Origin: Eledone cirrhosa
Lineage: Eukaryota
Direction: 5' to 3'
NCBI GenBank assembly: GCA_964016885.1
Contig: OZ024744.1
Span: 71,176,001-71,240,000, forward strand
DNA: 64,000 nucleotides
Position 1 is the stretch's first letter; each line of letters opens with the position of its first letter. This document shows positions 53,214 to 64,000 of the stretch, in pieces. Below the pieces are notes generated by a model. That model was not told where the DNA came from, did no database searches, and worked only from the letters and a program-made list of their open reading frames with translations. Made by a program: the position numbers and the translations under genes.

Positions 53214-54149
53214 TACACTAAGACAGAGAAAGAGAAGGGAACAGTGACAAAAATAAAACACATACATTCATTCATATTGTATATGCAGGTGTCCCTCAAA
53301 AATGCTATTATGAGAGTCTTTAGAATGTGTAAAATATCTGGGAGAAAAAGGGGCCTACTCCAAGTAGACCCAACTGTAGGAACTGCCATTGAAGTTGACA
53401 GCAGTATGGTCTCAAACACAATTAAGAAAGGATGGTAAAGCTGCTAATCTATTGTCAATGAGATGCTTAAAATATCTGGCAAAGTTGGGCATTTGCTAGT
53501 CTAAGGTGTCATAACCAACGACTGTCTAAGGTGTCATAACCAACGACTGTGTTTTATGAAATGACTAAGTTATCTTCTTTGACACAACTACATATAAACA
53601 AACATGGACAGAGACAATAAAACACACACATACATATATATATATAGGGTGTTCCCCAAAAATGTATATACACTTTAACAGCATTCTAATCAAAGTGTGT
53701 ATACATTTTTGTTAAGAGTCTGATTGAGGTTCCTCTCCTTATTACCTCTAGCATGCAGCACACATCTATGAGCTTTTGCTCCAGCATCACCACATTCTCT
53801 TCTAACTTGTCTTTCATCATGCCAACATTGACAGTAGTAACCCTGAATTTCGGAACCTGGTGTGAAGGGAAGGCATGAGTAAAATGCTCTTTGCTGATAT
53901 TAAAAGATAGGGAATGTGCTTTGTTTAATCACGCACAATTTTTTGTCTCATATGAATTTATAGGATAAGATGGCATCTCTTTACAGAGTAAGGGTGGAGG
54001 TATGGAATATTGAGAAGTCAACTGCATTAAATTTCCAAAATCAACTGCCTTTAAATGTCCATTAACCATATTTGAATCTTGACAAACAGTACACATTTAC
54101 ACATTACAACAACAATAATGACGATGACGATGACGATGATGATGATAAT

Positions 54150-57100
54150 CATTTATTGGCCACAAGGGCTGACATATAGGGGACAATACAAAAGACAGGG
54201 TCAGTGGGGGTTTACATATACAACGTGTAAACAATATAAATAACAATAACAAAATAACAATAAAAAATACAAGGAAAGTTCCCCAATAGGAGGGATAACC
54301 ACCCAGGGTTGACTCAGGTACCCCACAAATTCTGAACCACCCAACGCTTCAGAAGCACTCGGGAAGGGCACCCCCACCTCCTCAAATTCACCCATATACA
54401 GGCGCATGATCAGAGTAGGCCCACACACACGGGCCATAATAGCCACATTCACCCACCTTTCAGCAAATGTACTGGGGGGCAGCACTTCTCTCTCCACCCT
54501 CACCTTCCTTTCCAAGTGAAACTCGAAAAAGTTAATGAGGGATTGGCCGAAGAGAAAAGTGTCTGTCTTTAGTTCTTTCAACCTGGTCCACCATACAACC
54601 TCTTTCGCTACTGCCACCAGACAGAGGAAAATTTCCTGCCCTTCCTGGTCAAAAGAAAGCGGCGGGTCGATCTTCACTATGGACTCGGCCGATAGCCAGA
54701 TCCGTTCTACACGCAATAACAGTTGTTCGACATAACTCCACAAGCAATGCACGGACATTGGACGAGTGCATGCAGGACGGTTTCGTCACTCTGTGCACAT
54801 CTCGGGCAGGTCCATCGAACAGCACTTCTGTGCCTGTAGAGTTTATCTTGATTTTGGAAATTATCAATCGTCCCTGGCTCGAAAGTCCTCCGGAAAAGAC
54901 TGGTTAGTTTGACTTCATCAATGCCCAGAGCCTCTCCGAGTGCATCGTCACACTTGCCCACTACTAATCCTCTATAGAACTCGAGAGTGGAAGTTCCACT
55001 GACCGTATCACTTGCTTGGTAGAGGGCAGTGAGTGCCTGGCAACATTCCAGGTGCCAGTCACCCAGTCTCGGTTTCTTCTTGACCAAGGACTGCAGCTCA
55101 GTCAAAGAGATGAGCTGCGGAAAGGCCTGTCTGACAAACGGCGACCATACCTGTTCACTGTTTAGGCAGAATATCTGGAGATGCCGCAGCCTCAGCGCAT
55201 GTCTGCACATCATTAACCATGGCATGCCCAGCCCTCCACGTAGAGGGTGCTGGCAGCAGATGGACCGCCTCACCAATGGAACCTGTCTCCTCCACAAGAA
55301 TTTGAAGAGGAGCCGTTCCAAGTTGGTGAAGCGTGACAGTCAGGTGGTAGTAGATGATGGATGCGATGTACGCATTTGCCATCTCCGCCCAACCTTTCAG
55401 TGATAGCTTCCTTGCAGCCCATTTCTGTGTCAAACTGACTACCCTGTCCGTCTCCACCTGAAGATCTGGCCCGAACCAAACCCCGAGCAACTTTACCAGC
55501 CCGTCCATCCAGTGCCCAATGAAACTTGGATGGCATGGACTTGCCTCTCCAGGTGCCAAGTTGCAAGCCCACTGACTTTTCCGGGTTAAGTTTCGCTCCC
55601 GTCAACCTTTCATATTCCTCCAATAAGTTGCTGACTACCTGGATTTCCGAGGTGTCCGACACCATCATGGTGATGTCGCCCACATAAGCTGACAGCCTTT
55701 CTGCATCCCAGTTCGAGCGGGATGCCCTGCAACAGCTCCAGCTTCCGCAGTAAAGGCTTGAGAGTCAATACATACAGAAGGAAGGAGAGAGAACACCCTT
55801 GATGGACCGATCGGGCAATCTGAAATGGTTCTGAGAGGTGGCCATTAATTTTGACCACCGAGCAGGTGCCGCTGTGCATTGCAGCGATCCAGCTTCTGAA
55901 GACAGGACTGAAGCCAGCTGCCTTGAGGACAGCCTCCAGGTACCGATTGTCAACCCTATCGAATGCTTTCAATTGATCTAAATTGATCAGTGTCCCACCA
56001 AAGCCAGGTTTACACCCTACCCTCTCTATGATGTATCGAAGGAGGTGGAGGTTGTCATGTATGGACCTGGTTGGGATTGCGCAAGTTTGAACCTCCCCAA
56101 CCAAATCCTCGACGACAAGCGCCAACCTCTTCATTAACACCTTGGCCAAAATCTTAAACTTTGTGTTGAGCAGAGTTATAGGCCTAAAATTATCTAATGT
56201 GACCCTCTTGTTCTCGCCTTTCCTCATCAGCGTCACTATGCCCCGGCTTACAGAACTGGGAATACTCCCGTTCTGCTGCCAGTTGCAGTAGAGCGCTTTG
56301 AGGAATCGGAGAACAAGTCTGGCATATTTATGTAAAACGAGTAGGGCAGGCCATCCAAACCAGGTGACTTGCGGCAAGCCATCGAGGTAGGGACTGAAGT
56401 CCACCACAATCTCTGACCCACCACTTCCCTCAAACAACCGAGCAAATTGCTGGTGAAAGGCCTCACACATCCATCTGGAATCGCTCAGGTCGTGTCCATC
56501 TTGGTCCATCAAAGACCAAATTGTGGTTTTATTACCACACTGCGCCTATGCTACGCAGGCCCATCGAACATCTTTCATTCCCTCGTTTCTCAGCGCACGC
56601 GCCTCAGCTCTGACAATGCAACCTTTGTGTTTCGCATTGAACAAATGGTCTAATGCCATTCTCGCCGCTACTACGTCAGTTGCAAAGCCACTACAAATAG
56701 CCTTGTCTAACTTATCTACCAGCTCCCCCTTGCTTCATGCCATTCACACCAGCAAAAGTGTTTGTGGCACCTTGAAGGTGCAGGTGTTAAACGCCTCCCC
56801 CTCTTTATCTATTTCCTTACTTCGTGTTATGATGTTCAGTAGTCTTGTGTTTGTTTCTTCACTAACACAAAGTTAGGTGTTGTTGTGGTTGTAAGTTGCT
56901 GCAGTGTGTGTTTTCTTTTAGTTGTTTGTGTTAGTGATAGTGTTCTTGGTGGAGGTGGTGTTTGTGTTGACGGTTGTGTTGTTGCGGGCGTGTGTGTTGA
57001 ACTATGTGTGTCTGTGTTTGGTGTGAATGTGTCTTTTTTGTTTGCTGTTTGTGTTGGTGTGTGAGATTTCTTCTTGTGTTTTCTTTTTTCTCTTTTTGGC

Positions 57101-58420
57101 TTTTGGTGTTCCTCCTCATCTTTGCTCAGTGATGAAGAGGTCTCTGTAGTGTGTCAGATGTAAGTGGCAGTGCGTGTATGGGTGTGTGTGTTTCAATATG
57201 TGTGTGTGTGTTCGCGAGAGAAGGAGCGGGAGAGCTTCTTTGGAGTGGCCCATAGGTAGTCTTAGTGGTCTTTACAGTTGTTGTTGGTTCTGCTGGTGTT
57301 GCTGCTGCAGAATTTGTTGTTGGTGTTGTTGTTTCGGGATGAGGACCCAGCGTCGGCAGCAGCGGAGACTTTTGACTCCTTGCATTTTTCAACAGCTGAG
57401 GGCAGAAGGCTCGCAAGAGTGTTTTTTTTCCGCAACCGAAACAGTGAGGCCTTTTGCCCTCAACCATCACTTGTAGAGCCGGATCACTTGGAGGCGGATC
57501 TGCTCCGGGATTTTCTTTATTTCTTCAGGTTTTTATCTGGAGAAGTATCTCCACATCAACACTGGACCAGTCCTCTCTTCCTGTCCTGGTTACCTCTATT
57601 GGGATGGCATCTGACCCTTCCACAATCACGCATCCCAAGAGCCACCACATATCTAGTCCAGGTGGAATCCTGGGAATACGGACTCTAATCGTTCTTTTTT
57701 CCATGTGGGAGGGGTACATAATAACCTTACTGGTTTTGCAAGGGATCGTCGAGTGCTTCAAAGCAAGGGCCCCGACTTAAACAGCACCAAGATGGTGCTG
57801 TATTGTCGACCCCTCGCTACATACTCTGTATCTCCTCTGATGCACCTCAGCGCAGCCTCGATGTCTGCTTGCGGAGAGTTTGTGACTCTTTTCGTCTCAG
57901 CTGAGATGCATCTGAAGACCAGAGTTCTCCTCTCCACCGCTTCTATGGCCTCTGCCAGGACAGTTAAGTTGGCCCAGGTTTGCTCCTGTTTGATGAGCTT
58001 CCATGCCTGGGCCAACTTTGTCTCCTTGTCTGTCAAGCCCATGTTGAAGCATGGCCTTTTCTTGGCTGCTGCGGCAGCGAAAGTGTTCTTGTTGTTGTCA
58101 TTGGTGCTGTTGGTGTTGGTGTTGGTGTTGTTGTTGTTGTCGTTGTTCTTGTTGGTGTTGTTGGTGTTGTCATTGTTGTTGTTGTTGCTACTGTTATTGG
58201 TGTTGTCATTTTTGTTCACATTTGTATTTTCAATGTTGTTGGTGTTATTGTCGTTGGTGCTGCTGTTGTTGGTGTTCTCATTATTGTTGGTGTTGCTGTT
58301 GGCGATACTGCTTAATGTGGTGTTGGTTTTCATTTTTGTTGTGGGAGGGGCAGCGTTATTCGTCTCAACGTTTTCACCACTGTCAGACAAAGGAAGTTGG
58401 GGGGCGTGGTTCCACCATGT
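54150..58420 (-). mobile_element. Tx1/L1-clade LINE, defective (ORF1 with N/T-rich tract and knuckle remnant; ORF2 RT)
   Basis: NFRPITLLNTKFKILAKVL, RSIHDNLHLLR, LDQLKAFDRV, HQGCSLS, KLLGVWF, C-terminal CPRC..ETVLHALVQC. Confidence 0.9.
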
Positions 58421-58734
58421 TTTGTTTTTTTAAAATTATATCTTAAATAAAGCTCAAATATTTGGGCCAAAAACCCAAAATATTATACTTTCCCTTTCAC
58501 AGGGCAAAGTCCAAGGGCTTATTTCCCTTAGACAACAACAAAAATTTAACAATAAATGAGTTATGACAGGTAAATAAAGAGACTTACGGGAGTGAGCAAA
58601 AAGATGTCCGATCAGACCAATAATAATAATAATAATAATTGTTTCTACTTTAGGCACAAGGCCAGCAATCACCCAGTACATTACTGGTACTTTATTTTAT
58701 CGACCCCGTAAGGATGAAAGGCAAAGTTAACCAT

Positions 58735-59400
58735 AATAATATGGGAAGAGGACAGCTTACCATCAACCACCTCCTCTTTATGGATGATCCGAAACTCTTA
58801 GTGAAAAGTGAGAAGGAGTTGGATGTACTTGTTAACACTGTCCGTATTTTCAGCGATGATATATGTATGGAATTTGGTGTTAAAAAGTGTGGAGTTCTAG
58901 TGGTGAAGAGGGGTAAATTGAACAGAAGCAAAGGAATCCAGGTACCCATAGGTAAGATGATAAAGGAAATTGACACTGAAGAGGGATACAAATATTTGGG
59001 TGTTCTGGAGGCAGATGACATCAAGAACAATAAAATGAAGGAATTGATAAGATCTGAATACATAAGGAGAGAAAGGAACATCTAAATAGTAGGAATGTCG
59101 TAAGTGCAGTAAATTCCCGAGCTGTGTCTATTATTAAGTACAATGCGGAAATTTTGAAATGGAATGTTACTGAACAAAAAGAAATGGATAGAAAGACTAG
59201 GAAGCTAATGACTATCTACAACACGTTCCACAAGAGGAGTGATGTCGATAGACTCTACTTAAAGAGATCTGAAGGTGGAAGAGGTCTTATCAGCATAGAG
59301 GACAGTGTTCACATGGAGAAAAACAATCTTCACAAATATGCGTCTGAAAGTAGGTAGACAATGTTCAAAGTTGTATTGAAGGAGAAGACCAGGTGATGTC
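58735..59400 (+). mobile_element. R4/Dong-like RT fragment
   Basis: INHLLFMDD..MEFGVKKC..YKYLGVLE..DRKTRKLMT..RLYLKRSEGGRGL. Confidence 0.85.
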
Positions 59401-59919
59401 CAAGGAGAAAATAACAACGAGGAAGAGCAACCTTCATGAAAAATCCCATCATAGTACTAGCATTAGGATTAATACCCAAATTATCAGACCTGCACCTTAG
59501 TGTCCTCCCCTGCAAGATCAGCCAATATGAGCTACAGTAGATTGGGCTACTATGAACAGCACACATTCTCAGATGAGTTTTCTCTCTACAATGAAAACCT
59601 TTATTGCCCTAAGTTCAAGGCCTAAACCTGGCAATAGAGAAACGGAACTGAGCTAAAGAGAATAACACAGTAATAATGATTTCTACTAAAGGCACAAGCC
59701 CAGCAATTTAGGGGAGAGGGGAAAATCGATTAAATCGCCCCCAGTGCATTACTGGTGCTTTATTTTATCGACCCTGTAGGGATGAGCTAAAAATAATAGT
59801 GATTTCTTTATTCACCACAAGGGTTAACATTAAGAAAACATTAGCGTGGTTCAAGATGAAAACATAGAGTGTATGGGTTTTGTGTGTAAACAGATTTAAC
59901 AATAGTAAAAAGAAAAGTC

Positions 59920-62900
59920 TTTTCTTCTTCTTGCTCTTGCTTGATGAGGCCAGAGGTGATCTCAGAAGCATCATCGTGCATAGAGCTGACCAAGTCCACC
60001 TGCACCCTCCATCATTGGTGGTCCTGTGCCACCTCCTCTGCATCCTCTAAGGTGATGTTGAGCCTCTGGAGATCTTCATTGATTATATCCAGCTATCTGG
60101 TGTAGGGCTTGCCATGAGACCTCTTCCAGTCTGCAGCCACTGCATCAAACAAGAGTAAGGCCCTGGTGGAATGATCTGGTGGAATGCGGAGGACATATCT
60201 ATACCAGCACATGCGGTGGATAGCTATGTGGTGGGAAGCTGTGGGCTGATGCGTACACATGCACAACACTTTGTTGGAAATGTGGTGGTGCCATCTGATG
60301 TTTTTGATGGTCTTCAGGGCTCTGCTATGGAAGCTGTCGATCCTCTTTGCCAGAGTCTTTGTGAGGGGCCACGTTTCTGCTCCATAAATTAGAATGGAGA
60401 AGACCAATGCATTGTAAATACAGAGCTTCATCTTCTGGGAGATTGAGCAGTGGTGCCAAAAGGGCTTCCATTGGGAGTGCATGACCTCGGCAGCCAAGTC
60501 ACATCTCCGGGGTCAGATCTCCTTTGTTGGTGACAGTTGAACCCAAGTAAATGAAGGAGCTGACAAATTCTATGGTGTCGGGGCCAATATGAAGCGGAGG
60601 AGGATCTGGACTATTACCGACATATGTCAGCCTTTGTCTTCACCCAGCTTACCTGAAGGCCAAGCTTTCCTGATTCCTCCCAGTATATGGTCAGTGTATC
60701 TCTGAGCTGATAGATCGAGTTCTGAATAGGGTAGTGTTGTCTACGAACTCCAGGTTAGTTATGTTCTAACTCCCAAAGTAACGCCAGAAACTTGCTCACA
60801 AACCTTGGTCATCAGATGGTCAATGACGCAGTTGAAGAAGTCAGGGACAGCCACGCAGCACTGTCTGACCCCACTGTTGATAGGGAACCAGTTGGAAGCT
60901 TTCCCGTTCACCTGCACACAGTTCTCGGCACTGCTGTAGTGCCGTTGGAACAGGGTGATGATCTTTGGAGGCATGCCAGCAAGCAGGTCAAGTGTGTTAA
61001 AAGCCACCGAAGACAACGTAGAGGCAGCGATCTCTACGGAACTCCCAAGATCTTTCTATAAGGAAGTGAGGGGGGGGGCAGAAATGTGGCCAGTTTAGAT
61101 GGAGAGAAGGGTGATGTTCCTGTGCTTGCTGCAGTTGAGTTTCCATTTCCAGAAGGGGGAAGATAATGCCTAGGCTCCAGTCATTTGGGAGCTGCTCTGA
61201 CACCCATACATGGTTGATGATATGTATGAGCCACTGGATCATGTTATCTCTAACCACCTTCAACATCTCTACAGTTTTTGAGCTTCTTCAGGGCAGCTCT
61301 GACCTCATCGGGAGTGACAAGATCAAGTCTGCTAGAGTCTGTGGTGATTGTTAGATAGGGATCGATTGGGACAGATAGGTGATATAGAAGAAGTATGAAG
61401 TGCTCCATCCAGTGTTTGAGGCAGGTGGTTTCAGTGGTGATGACGTTGCTTCATCAGAGCTGTCTTGTTACAGGGATAAGCATGGGCTCTGCATTGTGTG
61501 TTGAATACCTAGCTGAGGTTGTTGTTCCATGCTGCTATCTCCAGGTGCTCGGCTTCTTCCACCCAAAACTTCTCCCAGTCATCCATGATGGCCTTGTTGC
61601 ATATTCGCTTGAGCCGAGGTACTTATTTATGTCCCCCCACAGGTGAGCCTTGCAGTGATAGTTAATTATCTCCAGCATCCACAGTGAAATCCAGGGCTGT
61701 TTGCGAAGAGGTCATGAGTTTACCAAGCCATTGTGTGCAGACTGGTTGATATTTGATTTAAAGATCTTCCAGTTTTTGGTCTCATCCTCGACTAGAATGC
61801 TGAAGCGATTGGCGATGGAGCAAGCAAATGTAGAGGCAATGTTGGGATCACGGAGACAAGATGAGTCAGGGAGGGGTTGGTACTGGGTGGCAGGGTCTGA
61901 TCACAATTTCAGCTTCGGCGTCACAACTAGCAACTAAGTATAAGTATTACTGAGTTGAGCTCATCTGTAGATCTGGCAGGTGGTGAAAAACAACCTCCAG
62001 CAATGGGAGATGATGATGTGATCGATTGTTTTCCAGGTGTAACTGACAGGACTGTACCAGGTCCAGTAATGGAGGAGTTTGTGGGGGAACCAGGTGTTAG
62101 CTATACACAGGATGTTGTAATGGCAGAGGAACAGCAGGCGATCACTGTTGTCTTTGGTGGAAGGGTCTGCGAAGGTTGTACCAATGGACTGAGTCTACAA
62201 TGGTTCAGTTGGAGGGAGCCTGGCAGAAGAAGAGATGGTAGCATTGGCATCTATCAGGATGATTGTGATGTCATGGGGTAGTCATCCTTGACAGTGTCCT
62301 CTGCAATGTCTGTAGGGGCATAGACAACGATGATAGTCATTTTCCTGTGCCTGTGGAGAAAACGGGCAGACAGTAGGCAGCCACTCAGCAGGTTCCATCT
62401 GATGAGTGACTTACAGACATGCTTAAGCACGGCCAGTACCACACCGCAGAGGCCCATCCTATCCTCAGGGCCACTCCAGATGAGGCAGTGGTCTCCTGTG
62501 ATGAATTCCCTGTTGCCAGGCCTGTGTGTATTGCAGAGTCCCATGAAAGTGATGTTATAGTGTGATAGCTCTCGGGACAGCAGGGTGGTTTCTCCTGGGC
62601 AAAGGAGTGACAGGATATTCCATGTGGCAACATGAATTTTATGGCGCAAATCAATTTCTCATTGGTGGGGGGCATGCAGGGGTCTGTTCCAATGTTAGGT
62701 GGTCTGGTTTCTTCTGGTTGGTTTCGTAACATTTTGGCATTCTTCTGCGCAGGTTGTTGGTCCTCCACAGAATAGGCAGATGATGGGGCTGCCATCTTGA
62801 CAGTGAGCCGACACGCCGTGGGTCACTGTTGGTCTGGAACCTCTCCGTGAGACCACCCTGCCTAAGGTGGCCCTACCAGGAGCAAAGCTTCAGACGGTAA

Positions 62901-62962
62901 TGCTGTTTTGATTTATAGAACACACAAGCCCCCTCACCATGACAAGGCCAGACCCAGGAGGA
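59920..62962 (-). mobile_element. Old RTE LINE (third family), heavily degenerate, with 5' UTR
   Basis: VATWNILSL, VVYAPTD, SGVRQCCVAVP, LIYGAETWPL; (AGA)n-type tail. Confidence 0.85.
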
Positions 62963-63049
62963 GGAAATGAAAGGTAACAATAAAAAATTAAACAAACGGA
63001 ATTTCTCAATAGAGAGGGCTGTGCATAGAACCCCCCCCCCCCCCCCCCC

Positions 63050-64000
63050 CCCCGCACAAAACTACAGGTGCCCTGTCCCAGTTGCCCTCTTCCAATCTAT
63101 AAGCACATACTCAGAGCGAGCCAATTCACTCAGGCCATGCTCGCCTCTCTCACCCACCTTACAACAAACTGCTTAGAAGCACTTCTCTCTCTACCCTGCT
63201 TTTACTCTGAAAATGTTAATCAGAGCTTCACTGAAGAGGAAAGTGTTTGTCTTCAAACCTTTCAAATGTGTCCACCATACAACCTCTTTCACCATAGCCA
63301 CCAGACAGATATAAACAACCTATCCTTTCTGACTAAAGGAAGGCAGCAAGGCGATCTTCACAATGGACTCAGTTGATAGCCAGATTTGTCCTACATGCAA
63401 CAGCAGGTGTTTGACATAAACCCACAGGTCAGCAATGCTTGAACATTGGACGAGTGCATGCAGAATGGTTTCATCACTCTGCACACATCTCAGACTGACC
63501 CAGCTGATAGCACTTCCATGCCTGTAGAGTTTATCTGAAACTGGCAAAGCTCCGCTGTTGCACTGCCAGGCCAGGGATTTTGAAAATTATCCATGAGCCC
63601 TGGACTGAAAGTCTTCCCAAAAAGAGTGGCTAAATAATTTTCATTGATGCCCAGAGTTTCCCCAAGAACATCGTCACTTTTATCTGCCACTAAATCTCTA
63701 TAGAATGCCTAGGTGAAGTTTCTACCAATCATGCTGCCCGAATGGTAGAAGGCTGTGAGCTCTTGAAGACATTCCAGTTTCCAAGTGTTCTCTCTCGGTC
63801 TTTACTTGACTCAGGACTGCAGCTCCAATAAGGAGATAGATAAGCTGGGAGGAACATGTGTCTGGTGAACGGCCACCATACCTGTTCACCGCTAAGGAAT
63901 AGATGAAGATGTTGTAGCCTCAGCACACATTTACACATCATCAGCCATGCCATTCCCAGTCTTACAAGCAGTTTGTGTTGAGAGCAAATGGATTGCTTGA
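63050..64000 (-). mobile_element. Second Tx1/L1 3' fragment (runs off window)
   Basis: Homologous to ~54170-55280 (DKLYRHGS..SDETILHALVQC). Confidence 0.85.

Noticed and set aside
62780-62960. HDV-like ribozyme in the RTE 5' UTR
   Set aside because: Structured-looking, but I could not assign P1-P4 and the catalytic C.

Overview
Eukaryotic, repeat-saturated 64 kb window with no recognisable host gene. Long (TA)n/(TATACA)n tracts, tRNA-headed SINEs with RTE tails and abundant RTE LINEs suggest an octopod cephalopod (inference). Mobile elements sit between TA microsatellites: several RTE LINE families (two with a PHD-type C4HC3 finger inside the RT), Penelope-like GIY-YIG elements, a CR1-like LINE, Tx1/L1 LINEs, R4/Dong-like fragments, a dead Tc1, a non-autonomous Helitron, MITEs and SINEs. 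There is a 200-N gap. The main signal is RNA. I read about 12 minimal type I hammerhead ribozyme (HHR) folds by eye. A non-coding 620-705 bp tandem-repeat family at three loci carries six copies of a hammerhead whose three core strands are in a non-circularly permuted order, with a compensatory base change between loci. Element boundaries are approximate and family calls come from motif recognition, not database searches. Nearly all IY-rich ORFs in the track are microsatellite artefacts.
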